Shown here piece after piece: positions 17,592 to 27,747 of a stretch of 64,000 bases of DNA (position 1 is the first letter of the stretch; every line of letters begins with the position of its first letter). Location of the stretch: the NCBI GenBank assembly GCA_028716365.1, contig JAQUPZ010000001.1, positions 473,205 through 537,204 on the forward strand, given 5' to 3'. The notes beneath the pieces were generated by a model. It had not been told where the DNA came from, ran no database searches, and saw nothing but the letters and a program-made list of their open reading frames with translations. A program made the translations under genes and the position numbers. This DNA is from Kiritimatiellia bacterium (GTDB lineage Bacteria; Verrucomicrobiota; Kiritimatiellia; UBA8416; YA12-FULL-48-11).

Positions 17592-19928
17592 ATGAAGAAA
17601 TCTTTCCTTACTATCCTGTACGTTTTTCTGTCATTCTTCTTTGCTGTTAATGCCCAAGCCCAATCATTTTCCATTACCAACGCCTCTTTTGATGCTAATA
17701 TTATTTCGCTTTCTTGGGATAACGTAACGAACAGGTATATCGTCAGCCAGTCAACATCGCTTATTACGGGACAGTGGCAATATGTAGGTTGGGTACTTTC
17801 GACAAATGATTCAGTAATTACCAATACCTATGACAATTGTTTCTACAGAATAAGGAAAGTTTCTGTAGTTAATTTTGCCGATACGAATTTTGAGAAGGCT
17901 GTCAGAGATAATATAACAAATAAATTTATCCCGACAAATGAGGTTTACGATATTGATGTAAATGCCAGTACCAATCTAAGTGTTCCATTAAATTTGATTA
18001 TTAACGTATCTGGGTATGAGCAATTTACGGCACTCAGGAGTTTTGATTGTTCTCACAACCAATTGACTAATCTGGATGCCTCTGCGTGTGTAAGTCTGGC
18101 TACTTTGAACTGTGGTTATAATCAGTTAACTAATCTGAATGTTTCTGCCAATACCAATCTGACAACGCTATATTGTAGTTTTAGTAATTTTACAAATCTG
18201 AATGTTTCTGCCAATACCCTCCTGACGACGTTGGACTGTGCTTATAGCCTGCTTACCAGTCTTGATGTTTCGACTTGTACAAATTTAACAATCTTGAATT
18301 GCGAGATGAATAAATTAACCAATTTAAATGTTTCAACAAATGTTAAGCTATTTTGGATGGCATGTTCTCGCAATCTGTTAACTAATCTTGATATCTCTGC
18401 CTGCACAAATCTGATAACATTATACTGTTACAGCAATCAATTTACCAATTTTGATGTGTCTGCCAATACGAACCTGAAATATCTGTATTGTAACGACGAT
18501 AAATTGACTAATCTTGATTTGTTGGTTTGTACAAATTTGAAAACACTATATTGTCACAGTAACCAACTGTTTAATCTTAATGTTTCTACAAATGTGAAAC
18601 TGACAGAATTGTCCTGCTCCTACAATCCGTTAACCAATTTGAATGTTTCTGCCAATACAAGCCTGACAAATTTGTACTGTTCCCACAATCAGTTAACTAA
18701 TCTGAATATCTCTGCAAATTTAAAACTGCAATCTCTGAGCTGTGACCAAAACCAACTGACCAATCTTATTATTTCTGCTTATACGAACCTGCAATATCTG
18801 TATTGTTATAGTAATAAATTAACCGAATTGAACGTCTCCGGTTGTACAAATTTGTCTATTCTGTCTTGTTATACTAATTCTCTGACGAATCTCGATGTAA
18901 CTGGTTGCACAAATCTGACTGAATTACGTTGTAATAATAATCCACTGACCAACCTCGACATGGCAGGCTTCACAAATCTAAACAAAGTGTACTGTAATAA
19001 TAATCAGCTTATTAACCTCAATGTGAATGGTTGTACAAATCTGTACTGGATGTACTGTAATAATAATCTGTTGACCAACTTCAGCGTGGCAGGTTGTACA
19101 AATCTGAACAGGTTATACTGTTATGCTAATTCTATGACGAATCTCAATGTGACGGGTTGTACAAATTTGACCGATATACGCTGTTATAATAATCAGCTGA
19201 CCAATCTCGATGTGGCTAGTTATACAAAGCTGATCACGTTGTATTGTTATAATAATAAATTGACGAATCTCGATGTAACTGGTTGCACAAATCTATATAC
19301 ACTGGAATGTAATAATAATCAGCTGACCAACCTCAATGTGGCTGGTTACACAAAGCTATACACTTTACGCTGTCATACTAATCATTTGACGAATCTCGAT
19401 GTGGCAGGTTGTACAAATCTAAGTACACTGGAATGTTATAATAATCCGTTAACTAACCTAAGTATTATGGCTGGATACACAAATCTGTACTGGTTGAACT
19501 GTTATAATAATCAGCTGACCAACCTCAATGTAACGAATTGTACAAGGTTGAGTAATTTGTACTGTTATAATAATCAATTAGCGAATCTCGATGTGGTAGG
19601 TTGTACAAATCTGACCGATTTACGCTGTTATAATAATCAGCTGACCAACCTCAACGTGGCGAATTGTATAAAACTTCGCAATTTGTATTGTTATAACAAC
19701 CAGCTGACTAATCTTAATATGTCAGTAAATACAAACTTGATGGAATTGAGGTGTTACAGCAATCAAATGGACAATCTCAACCTGTCTGTCAACACCAACC
19801 TCACATATGTTGACGCTAGATGGTGTTCTTTACTCACGAATATAACTGTATGGTGGTCTACTCCAACTAACATTCCCGGCGGCGTAACTCTTTTATATAA
19901 CGGCAGTACAACGCTTAGTTATCCATAA
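17592..19928 (+). CDS. Secreted Cys-containing leucine-rich-repeat protein (internalin-like cap)
   Basis: SD GAGAGGAG; signal peptide ending AQA; cap FADTNFEKAVR; about 28 repeats of ~21 aa (LTNLDVxGCTNLxxLxCxNNQ). Confidence 0.9.
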   Translation: MKKSFLTILYVFLSFFFAVNAQAQSFSITNASFDANIISLSWDNVTNRYIVSQSTSLITGQWQYVGWVLSTNDSVITNTYDNCFYRIRKVSVVNFADTNFEKAVRDNITNKFIPTNEVYDIDVNASTNLSVPLNLIINVSGYEQFTALRSFDCSHNQLTNLDASACVSLATLNCGYNQLTNLNVSANTNLTTLYCSFSNFTNLNVSANTLLTTLDCAYSLLTSLDVSTCTNLTILNCEMNKLTNLNVSTNVKLFWMACSRNLLTNLDISACTNLITLYCYSNQFTNFDVSANTNLKYLYCNDDKLTNLDLLVCTNLKTLYCHSNQLFNLNVSTNVKLTELSCSYNPLTNLNVSANTSLTNLYCSHNQLTNLNISANLKLQSLSCDQNQLTNLIISAYTNLQYLYCYSNKLTELNVSGCTNLSILSCYTNSLTNLDVTGCTNLTELRCNNNPLTNLDMAGFTNLNKVYCNNNQLINLNVNGCTNLYWMYCNNNLLTNFSVAGCTNLNRLYCYANSMTNLNVTGCTNLTDIRCYNNQLTNLDVASYTKLITLYCYNNKLTNLDVTGCTNLYTLECNNNQLTNLNVAGYTKLYTLRCHTNHLTNLDVAGCTNLSTLECYNNPLTNLSIMAGYTNLYWLNCYNNQLTNLNVTNCTRLSNLYCYNNQLANLDVVGCTNLTDLRCYNNQLTNLNVANCIKLRNLYCYNNQLTNLNMSVNTNLMELRCYSNQMDNLNLSVNTNLTYVDARWCSLLTNITVWWSTPTNIPGGVTLLYNGSTTLSYP

Positions 19929-20069
19929 TAAGGATCTACTGTATTCCTTTATGATGTTGGCGTTCTTCTCCTTTCTCTCAATGGGCAAGTAGCAATTTCT
20001 AACGGCATTTTCTAATTGGCGATTCTAACAATATTTAACGGCAGGCAATCAGGGCATTTAAGGGCATAC

Positions 20070-20116
20070 TTGAGTTTCTAATAATGGCGGAGTAGAATGG
20101 AAAACAGTGGGAGGGG
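20070..20116 (+). promoter_or_regulatory. Module B copy: sigma70-like promoter plus SD
   Basis: TTGAGT-N17-TAGAAT then AGTGGGAGGGG before the TTG start at 20123. Confidence 0.7.
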
Positions 20117-20122
20117 ATTATT

Positions 20123-21025
20123 TTGAACATCATCACTACAGCAGATGGTCAATATTACCGCCGCTGGGTAAACATCATACCTTCTTTATTTATTCCGGGA
20201 TCAGGGCACTTTCTCTCAGGTAGGAAAAAAGCTGGAATTATCTGGTTTTGTTTCGCTCTTCTACTTGGGGATAGGATGCTTTGGATCTTCTTATCTACAA
20301 AAATACCTTCATTGCCATACTCAACGATTTGTTACTGGATAGTCGCCCTTGTTTTTAGTCTGGTTGTTATGGCGGATTCATGTCGTTGTCCTATTCCGAA
20401 AATAGGTTTCAAAGGTTGGTTCGTATTTTCCGGTATATTTATTGTGACATCTTTTGTGCCTGTTTTTCTTGTCCATCAATTTCTAGTTCACCCATTCACG
20501 ATATCTTCAATGTCAATGTCTCCTACTTTTATTGGGGCAAAAAGGGATGCAAAAGGGAAACAATTGAGTAGGGGTGATTATGTTCTTGTTAATAAATTAA
20601 TTTACTATTTCAAAAATCCACAGCGAGGTGACATTGCAGTATTTAACATTTCCGGTGTTCAAGGACTTCAAAAGAATAAATATTTCTGTATGAGAATTGT
20701 TGGAATTCCCGGTGATACAGTAAGAATCAATCCGCCTTATATAATTGTAAATGGACAGAAACTTCTAGAGCCACCGATATTTGCAAAGATTTCTTCGAGA
20801 GAAAATGGTTATTCGGGATATTTATTTCCGCAGGCTTACAACAAAGCTTTTTATGAAACACCGAAAGATGGTATTCGCCTTTTTGATAATGAGTATTTGG
20901 TTTTTGGAGATAACGCCACGAATAGTTACGATAGTCGGTATTTTGGGGCAATTAAACGAAGCAGTATTATCGGTAAAGTTTTCTATATCTATGCTCCTGC
21001 TGAAAGAAAAGGGAGAGTGGAATAA
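20123..21025 (+). CDS. Signal peptidase I paralog with extra N-terminal membrane domain; catalytic Lys replaced by Met
   Basis: FTISSMSMSPT (box B), GDYVLVNK, RGDIAVF, YFCMRIVGIPGD (box D), GDNATNSYDSRYFG (box E). Confidence 0.85.
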   Translation: MNIITTADGQYYRRWVNIIPSLFIPGSGHFLSGRKKAGIIWFCFALLLGDRMLWIFLSTKIPSLPYSTICYWIVALVFSLVVMADSCRCPIPKIGFKGWFVFSGIFIVTSFVPVFLVHQFLVHPFTISSMSMSPTFIGAKRDAKGKQLSRGDYVLVNKLIYYFKNPQRGDIAVFNISGVQGLQKNKYFCMRIVGIPGDTVRINPPYIIVNGQKLLEPPIFAKISSRENGYSGYLFPQAYNKAFYETPKDGIRLFDNEYLVFGDNATNSYDSRYFGAIKRSSIIGKVFYIYAPAERKGRVE

Positions 21026-21119
21026 TTTCATTTCAGGTAAGGCTATAATAAGAAACAAATTAATGAACGCCCCTAACCAAAATTTAGAATGGCATTCGGT
21101 AAGGTGGCAGGAGAAATAA

Positions 21120-22022
21120 ATGAAAAAAACACTATTAATTATGTTCTTGTTCGCTCTCAGTATAGCAGAAGTAATACAAGCGGGTTCACCAGAGAAGAAA
21201 TGGGTCAAAGAACTACGAGAAAAACTGGAGTCTGATGGTTCTGTGTTGCTTTACTGGGAGTGCGACCATGGATGGAGGGATTGCAACTGCGGAGGTAATT
21301 ACTATATACCAGCAACTCGGAAGCAAATCTCCGACTCTCCCGTTTGGAACACTAACTCGCTCTTACCACCATTGTCGTTAGAAAAGGCGATTACGATTGC
21401 ACAGGCGGAACTGAAGCAGAAGAATCCGGACTATGACCAGTTTCGTTTATCTCAGGCATCTCTCTCTTTAATCAGTGGTATAGGAATTAACAGGGAGAAA
21501 TGGTGGTATTTCTTTAACTACCATGGAACTTCTCAAATTCGCCATGATAGATCGTTTCTTATATGTGTATTAATGGATGGCACTGCTCTTAAGCCTTGTA
21601 TTGTTGAACATAATCTCAAGACGTGGACTGATAAGGATAAGGTATTGCACGGTAAAATGACAGCTAAGGAAGATGATGCAATACGAAAAGATATCGAAAA
21701 GAGACTAGCTGCTATCATTGTCCCTGAGATCGACTTCAGGCAGGCTAATATTTTCGATGTTGTTGATGATTACAATCACTGTGTCGCTGAATATGGCACC
21801 GGAGCGGAAAAGAAAGAAGAAACACGACTTCAGATTAGACTTCACGAATCCGCTATAATCCAATCCTGTCCTCCATATGCTTTACCTATAGATGCTCCAC
21901 TTCTTGCGTTCTCTTGCAAGGATGTGTCGCTATTGGAAGTCCTGAAGATTACGGTAAATGTTTTACAGCTCAAAATGCACATGGAGGGGAATGTTGTCAC
22001 TCTGTATAATCCAAAGAATTGA
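21120..22022 (+). CDS. Secreted hypothetical protein with C-terminal secretin-N/STN-like domain
   Basis: Signal peptide; IIVPEIDFRQANIFDVV...DVSLLEVLKI...MEGNVVTL. Confidence 0.65.
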   Translation: MKKTLLIMFLFALSIAEVIQAGSPEKKWVKELREKLESDGSVLLYWECDHGWRDCNCGGNYYIPATRKQISDSPVWNTNSLLPPLSLEKAITIAQAELKQKNPDYDQFRLSQASLSLISGIGINREKWWYFFNYHGTSQIRHDRSFLICVLMDGTALKPCIVEHNLKTWTDKDKVLHGKMTAKEDDAIRKDIEKRLAAIIVPEIDFRQANIFDVVDDYNHCVAEYGTGAEKKEETRLQIRLHESAIIQSCPPYALPIDAPLLAFSCKDVSLLEVLKITVNVLQLKMHMEGNVVTLYNPKN

Positions 22023-22067
22023 CTCAAGTTCAACGGCGATTCAATGGGCGTAGTGAAGGATTAAAAG

Positions 22068-22517
22068 ATGAAACCACTAGATGCCACATTGATAGATGCA
22101 ACAAAGCCAAGCAAATGGGAAATTAGGTTTGAGAAGATTCCTGTTCTTGGTCGGATCTTCGAGTATGCCATGTATCAAGATAGAATCAGACCCATCGTTA
22201 AAGACATCAAGAAACAACTTAAAGAACGAGAGGGAATTGATGTTCGATCTTACTGGAATAATGACGACTGGCACATTGCATCCAAGTTGTTCAAGATTAT
22301 CAGTGAAACAATAGAATGGAAACCCTCTATGTTTATCCCTGATGATCCCTGTCGCATAGTATTTTGGGCATATCTTGATTGCCTTGATGCCGTTGATGCA
22401 CAGGAAATGATTGAGGACGAATTCAAATTCAAGTTTTCCGAGGAGGAGATAAAACTTACAAATAATTTCACAATGAAGGAACTCGTAGAATTGATTAAAT
22501 GGAAATCAAACCAGTAA
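22068..22517 (+). CDS. Hypothetical protein with ACP-like C-terminus
   Basis: LDCLDAVDAQEMIEDEFKFKFSEEE...TMKELVELI. Confidence 0.6.
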   Translation: MKPLDATLIDATKPSKWEIRFEKIPVLGRIFEYAMYQDRIRPIVKDIKKQLKEREGIDVRSYWNNDDWHIASKLFKIISETIEWKPSMFIPDDPCRIVFWAYLDCLDAVDAQEMIEDEFKFKFSEEEIKLTNNFTMKELVELIKWKSNQ

Positions 22518-22672
22518 TCGCCCTCTTCCTCGCCCTCTCAATTACACTTCAATACCCCGCTTTAATGTTTCCTAAAAGGCTTGGTAATACGCCGTTAAGT
22601 TGCCCGGTTAGAATTCATCCTTGTTTTTGTGCTGTTCTCTAGTTAATATCTAGCCACAATACTGGAGGACTT

Positions 22673-23845
22673 ATGAGGAAGCTGATTTCTGTTATGGTCT
22701 TAATCTTCTCGCTTTCTATTACCCATTTATCCATTGCTCAAGAAAACAACAAGAATGCAGAATTTGCTAATGCCCAAAAGATTTATCAGGAACAGTCTCT
22801 TGCGATTTCGCTAACCTACGCCGCTAAATCCAAGACTATTTTGGCTGAATACGCAAAAGAGCTGGATACCCTTGAACAGGTAATAGCGAAAAAAGCCGAT
22901 CTTAAAGGTGTTATGGCGGTTAGACAGGAGGAGGCTGATGTAAAATTAGCAAATGGCATTCCAGATAACGTTACTGACCAGACTCCAGTAGAACTGAAGG
23001 CTTTGAAAGAAAAATACAAAGGAATTATGGCAACAGTAGAATCTGACAAGAAGAAGGATCTTGCAAAACTGGCGACTCTATACATTGGTAGACTTAAGAC
23101 AATACAGGATACTTTGACCAAGAACTTAAAGATTGATGATGCCTTGGTGGTCAATAATGAGATAGCACAGGTTAAAGGAAGTATAGATTTGAAGACAAAC
23201 GAAATAGTTGGTGCTTCCAGTCAGATGACTCCTCAGAGTGCTGTTAAACCCGAAGAAAAGAAACCTGCTTCTCCTCCTGCGAACGCTCTAGTGGCAGGCG
23301 AAGGGAAGACTATCGTAACAGTGAATTCATCGATTGCGGGGAAGAAGTCACCACTGGAAGATGCTCTTGTCGTCATTTGCGATGCCGGTTTGAACTCGAC
23401 TGTTGCTCTGGGTCCCACGGGACAGGATGGAAAGGTGCAGCTCGATGTCAATGCCAAGACAAGGTATGACTTGATTGCGTTCCACAAGGAATACAAATTC
23501 CTGAGAGAGAAAAACATTCGTTTTTCAAAACCATTGGAGTTAACAATGTATCCGCTGCCCAAGGGGCAGTTGATGGGTGTCGTTGATCGTTCAGGTCTGT
23601 CCATATTTGACGAAGCAGAGAAGGATATACAAATCGGAACTACTTATGGCGAACACACCTCGTGCGACTTTCGTTGCATGAACAATGAGTGTTTGATTGG
23701 GTACGACAGACCGACGCTTACAATCATTGAAAGGTGCAGTCCCGGTCAGTCTTTCTTCATGAAGAAGGGAAAGAGGCGGGCAAAGTGTGATGTTCTATGT
23801 AGTCTGCCCTCCGGATTTGTAATCCAATATAAAGTTTCTCCGTAA
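22673..23845 (+). CDS. Secreted coiled-coil hypothetical protein
   Basis: SD GGAGG; signal peptide ending SIA; helical N-half and beta-rich C-half. Confidence 0.75.
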   Translation: MRKLISVMVLIFSLSITHLSIAQENNKNAEFANAQKIYQEQSLAISLTYAAKSKTILAEYAKELDTLEQVIAKKADLKGVMAVRQEEADVKLANGIPDNVTDQTPVELKALKEKYKGIMATVESDKKKDLAKLATLYIGRLKTIQDTLTKNLKIDDALVVNNEIAQVKGSIDLKTNEIVGASSQMTPQSAVKPEEKKPASPPANALVAGEGKTIVTVNSSIAGKKSPLEDALVVICDAGLNSTVALGPTGQDGKVQLDVNAKTRYDLIAFHKEYKFLREKNIRFSKPLELTMYPLPKGQLMGVVDRSGLSIFDEAEKDIQIGTTYGEHTSCDFRCMNNECLIGYDRPTLTIIERCSPGQSFFMKKGKRRAKCDVLCSLPSGFVIQYKVSP

Positions 23846-23995
23846 ATGGTAACTTAATGGTCTCTCTAAACCATTTCCCTAAACCGCCCCTCTTAGTCTT
23901 CCGAAGTAAATAGTTTCCCGCCCACATTACTCTACAAATTGTTATAACTTCTTGTAGTTGTTCAAAACGCAATTCTCCCTGCACTCTAACAACCC

Positions 23996-24041
23996 TTGAA
24001 TTTGGCTAATTGGCGGAGTAAGATGGGAAGAGTGGGAGGGG
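23996..24041 (+). promoter_or_regulatory. Module B variant: promoter plus SD
   Basis: TTGAAT-N17-TAAGAT, AGTGGGAGGGG, ATG at 24046. Confidence 0.65.
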
Positions 24042-24045
24042 AGTA

Positions 24046-24642
24046 ATGGATGTGATATTTACATTAGGATTTTGCGTTTTTCTTATTCTCCTTGTAATTC
24101 TCGCTTGGATTATGTTGAAAAAGGCGAAGTTCTATTTTTCCACTTCCAAATATTTCCCTGCATTTGTTTGTGGCGTTTTAGGGATGGTCTGTCTTGTGCT
24201 ACCCATTATTTTGCTCCTTGCTCCTGTTTGCATTACAGATGGCCATAGGTCAAACAGAACACAATGTATGAGTAATATACGCCAAATAGGAATATCGCTG
24301 TCTATGTATTCAGTGGATCATAACGAGCGATATCCTCAAGATTTACAGACTCTTGCTATAACAATGAAACTACCACCACGATTATTTATCTGTCCTTCGA
24401 GCAAACATATCGCAGGTTCTCTTTCGAATTTGAACGAATGGACTGATTACGTTTATATTTGTGATTCCAGTCCAACAAATGATCCAAACATGCCCATTGT
24501 TTTTGAGTTTCCAGCAAATCATAACGGTAAAGGAGGTAATGTTTTGTTAAATGACGGTTCAGTTTTTTGGCTAAATACTAAAGAATTCCGTAAGAGCATT
24601 CAGAAGCAATTACTTAATGACAATATGACGAAGAAGAAATGA
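24046..24642 (+). CDS. Prepilin-like DUF1559/H-X9-DG protein with N-terminal 2-TM module
   Basis: CMSNIRQIGISLSMYSVDHNERYP; NHNGKGGNVLLNDGSV. Confidence 0.8.
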   Translation: MDVIFTLGFCVFLILLVILAWIMLKKAKFYFSTSKYFPAFVCGVLGMVCLVLPIILLLAPVCITDGHRSNRTQCMSNIRQIGISLSMYSVDHNERYPQDLQTLAITMKLPPRLFICPSSKHIAGSLSNLNEWTDYVYICDSSPTNDPNMPIVFEFPANHNGKGGNVLLNDGSVFWLNTKEFRKSIQKQLLNDNMTKKK

Positions 24643-24670
24643 AAATGAACGCCCCTGAGCAAAATTTAAA

Positions 24671-25126
24671 ATGGCATTGGGTAAGGTGGATAAAAGCAGG
24701 TTTACCATGATTCGTTACCGTCATATTTTAACGTTGTCCCTGTTGTCTCTTTGTGTAGGCTGTTATTGGAATCTAGGTTGGTTCATGGCATTACAGTTCA
24801 TTGGTCTCATATGTCCAGTTGTAATTCCTATTCTTGTTGTGTGTCTTTTCCCGAAAATGTCATTTGGATTAATAGTCGGCACTTATGCTGTGATAGTTCT
24901 GATTACAACAGGCATCCGCAACTTTCTCTATGTTCTGTATGGTAATGGCTTAAACTATCTGTTGCACGACAGTGAAACACAGTTAGTTGTTATAGTATTG
25001 GCTGTCGAACAACTTATCCTTGGAATCATTACAATTGGAATCCTGACGCTATTAAGACGACGCAGAGCAATTTCCTCTAATCTTCGTCCCCCTCCGAATC
25101 GTCCCATCAATAACCCAAAGAATTAG
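24671..25126 (+). CDS. Hypothetical multi-pass membrane protein
   Basis: Four hydrophobic segments; the annotated ATG lies inside module C and 24708 is an alternative start. Confidence 0.6.
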   Translation: MALGKVDKSRFTMIRYRHILTLSLLSLCVGCYWNLGWFMALQFIGLICPVVIPILVVCLFPKMSFGLIVGTYAVIVLITTGIRNFLYVLYGNGLNYLLHDSETQLVVIVLAVEQLILGIITIGILTLLRRRRAISSNLRPPPNRPINNPKN

Positions 25127-25327
25127 GTCATCTTAACGCCATCTTCGGGCATTTGTTGGGCATTCTAAAACGGCACTCTCAATGGGCGTATTAGCATTTT
25201 CTCATCGGGCATTCTAAAATCAATTAGTATGGGCATTCTTAACGATTTCTTATTGGCGATTCTAACATTTAACGCAGGCAAGAAGGGCATTTAAGGGCAC
25301 TTGAGTTTTGAGAGGGGGAAGGATAAG

Positions 25328-25579
25328 ATGAGGAGAGTGAAGAAGAAAACAAAGAAAGTAAATATTCCTAGAAAACTTAGTCTTGTTCGCTTTAATGCTA
25401 CAGGACTGAACAAGAAAATGCTTAAAAAATATCCATTTAAAAAAGATGATACATATATTTTTTTAGGTGAGATTCCAAATATGGCTGGACATGTAGTTGT
25501 GTTAGATATCAAGAAACATAAGATTTATTCAGGTTATCATATTGAAAACTTTGTCGAACTTGCAGACGACAGCTTATGA
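25328..25579 (+). CDS. Small basic hypothetical protein
   Basis: ORF follows module B; YIFLGEIPNMAGHVVV...GYHIENFVEL. Confidence 0.6.
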   Translation: MRRVKKKTKKVNIPRKLSLVRFNATGLNKKMLKKYPFKKDDTYIFLGEIPNMAGHVVVLDIKKHKIYSGYHIENFVELADDSL

Positions 25580-25923
25580 ACATTCTTCTTTTCGTTGCAG
25601 TTTTAGTGTCTGTAGTTGTTTTAATATGGGCAGTTAGGATTTCATGGAAGAAAAGAGAAGAAGTTGTTAAAGCCCAAAAACCCAAACAAGTCCTGAAGTT
25701 CTTTGCGATTATCTTGTTTGTCATCGGCTGTGTAAATCTTTTTATGTCTATCAGAGAGGCTCAAGAGATTTGTGCCTTTGTAAATGGTTTTGATACCAAG
25801 AAAGTAATGTTCAGTAATTACTTATCTTCAGAGTTAACAACATTCCTAATTCCTGTTGTTGTATCAGGCGTTATGTATCTGCTTTCGTTAACTATGCCTT
25901 GGAATCGGAAAATAAAAGAATAA
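25576..25923 (+). CDS. Hypothetical membrane protein
   Basis: ATGA coupling to the upstream ORF; three hydrophobic segments. Confidence 0.65.
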   Translation: MNILLFVAVLVSVVVLIWAVRISWKKREEVVKAQKPKQVLKFFAIILFVIGCVNLFMSIREAQEICAFVNGFDTKKVMFSNYLSSELTTFLIPVVVSGVMYLLSLTMPWNRKIKE

Positions 25924-26031
25924 CGTCTTCCCTTCTCCCATTTCTCCCCCGCATTCTGAAATCAATTAGCAGGGCATTTAACGTCCCTCTCATTGGGCAA
26001 GTAGTATTTCTAGATGGCAGGGGAGAGGGGT

Positions 26032-27036
26032 TTATTTCTTATTATAAATTGGGTTTGCTATAAAATTCTTAGCGGCTTGTTTTGCGGTTTCAATCTGAGC
26101 AGGCAACAATTTCTTTTCTAATACTCGCCCTTTTTCTACAGCTTGGTCGATTCCATTCGTACCAGCAATTAAAAACCATTTATATGCTTCAATATTATCT
26201 TCTATTATACCGAGTCCATTAACATAGCAAAGTCCTAGGTTGTATTGAGCCGTTGCATATCCCTGTTCGGCAGATTTACGAAACCATTTAATAGCTTCTA
26301 CCAGATCTTTTTCTACACCTTTACCATTGGCATAGCAAAACCCCAAACTGCACTGAGCCTCTGCATTCCCTTGCTCGGCAGATTGTTGAAACCACTTAAT
26401 TGCTTTTACATAGTTAGTTTCTATACCTTTTCCGCTGTAATAACATAATCCCACGAAGTACTGAGCAAGTGCGTTTCCCTGTTTAGCAGCCTTGAGATAC
26501 CACTTAACGGCTTCTACATGATTCGTTTCTACACCTTGCCCGTCATAGTAACATGATGCCATACTCAACTGAGCATATGCATTTCCTTGTAGAGCAGCTT
26601 TTTGATACCATTTAACGCCTTCAACAAAATCTTTCTCAACACCTTCACCGTAGGAATAGCAAAATCCTAGACTGAACTGAGCCTCTGACAATCCCTGTTC
26701 AGCAGCCCTTCTGTACCACTTAACCGCCTCTAGTAAATCCTTCCCCAGACCCTCACCTTTTTTGTAACACCCCCCTATGTTATATTGAGCCTGAGCCAAC
26801 CCTTGTTCAGCGGATTTTTTGTACCACTTAACGGCTTCAACCAAATTTTTTTCAACACCCTTACCATTGTCGTAGCAACACCCCAGTTCGAATTGTGCCT
26901 TTACGTCGCCTCCAATAGCTTTGGCTTTAGTTTGTTCAAAAGTGGCTTCATCTGAAAGTTTTGGTGAAACACATCCAGTAATTATCGCACAACACGCTGC
27001 AATAATACCGATGCTCAATGTTGATGTTATTTTCAT
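26032..27036 (-). CDS. Sel1-like repeat lipoprotein
   Basis: Lipobox IITGC; seven AQxxLGxCYxxGxGVEKD repeats. Confidence 0.92.
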   Translation of the reverse strand: MKITSTLSIGIIAACCAIITGCVSPKLSDEATFEQTKAKAIGGDVKAQFELGCCYDNGKGVEKNLVEAVKWYKKSAEQGLAQAQYNIGGCYKKGEGLGKDLLEAVKWYRRAAEQGLSEAQFSLGFCYSYGEGVEKDFVEGVKWYQKAALQGNAYAQLSMASCYYDGQGVETNHVEAVKWYLKAAKQGNALAQYFVGLCYYSGKGIETNYVKAIKWFQQSAEQGNAEAQCSLGFCYANGKGVEKDLVEAIKWFRKSAEQGYATAQYNLGLCYVNGLGIIEDNIEAYKWFLIAGTNGIDQAVEKGRVLEKKLLPAQIETAKQAAKNFIANPIYNKK

Positions 27037-27097
27037 CTACTTCAACTCTACCACGCCCATTTTCCTAGGCAATTCTAAACGGGCATTCTAACGGCAC

Positions 27098-27125
27098 TTG
27101 AGTTTCATTCAGTAAAGGTTATGAT
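27098..27125 (+). promoter_or_regulatory. Module B promoter
   Basis: TTGAGT-N16-TATGAT, then GGAGGG and ATG at 27146. Confidence 0.6.
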
Positions 27126-27145
27126 GCTGGCAACTGGAGGGTAAT

Positions 27146-27619
27146 GTGTTTTGTACGGGGAAATCTATTCTTGTTATTTTTCTGTCCCCACTCCTTGTCG
27201 TCGCTTGGATAATGCTGAAAAATGCCATATTCTACTTTTCCCGTTCTAAGCATTTGCCTGCCTTTGCTTGTGGGGTTGTTGGTGTTGCCTGCCTTGTCTT
27301 GCTTATTATGGCGATTTTTAGTGAAAGAACTCGTTACACTCAAAGCGATCCGATACCAAAGACGAGAACCGCATTCCGCACAGCTCATGCTGCCATTGTT
27401 GTATACCGCCATGAGTACGGAATATACCCAAAATCATTTCAGGATATGACAAGGGATAAAAATCAAAAACATATCACATTTTTAAATGATTTATCGGATC
27501 TGCAAGACGCTTGGGGACAATGCATTCGATATACTACAAATTCAAGGGGGTTCGAATTGAGATCATCAGGAAGAGATAAAACATTCGACACACTAGATGA
27601 TATAGTCGAGAAATACTGA
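27146..27619 (+). CDS. Pseudopilin GspG-like protein with N-terminal 2-TM module
   Basis: YRHEYGIYP...DAWGQCIRY...FELRSSGRDKTFDTLDDI. Confidence 0.75.
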   Translation: MFCTGKSILVIFLSPLLVVAWIMLKNAIFYFSRSKHLPAFACGVVGVACLVLLIMAIFSERTRYTQSDPIPKTRTAFRTAHAAIVVYRHEYGIYPKSFQDMTRDKNQKHITFLNDLSDLQDAWGQCIRYTTNSRGFELRSSGRDKTFDTLDDIVEKY

Positions 27620-27747
27620 GAAAAGCACTAATCGCCATTATGAACGTCCTTCTATAAATACCCTCATCGCCCATTTCTTCCTCTCCCTCTCATTGGGCGG
27701 GTAGCATTTCTAAGTATCTCAAGAGGAGAATCGTTTAAGCAGTAGAT

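Noticed and set aside
25141-25310. CRISPR array
   Set aside because: The repeats are degenerate, irregularly spaced and lack unique 30-40 bp spacers. No cas genes in the window.
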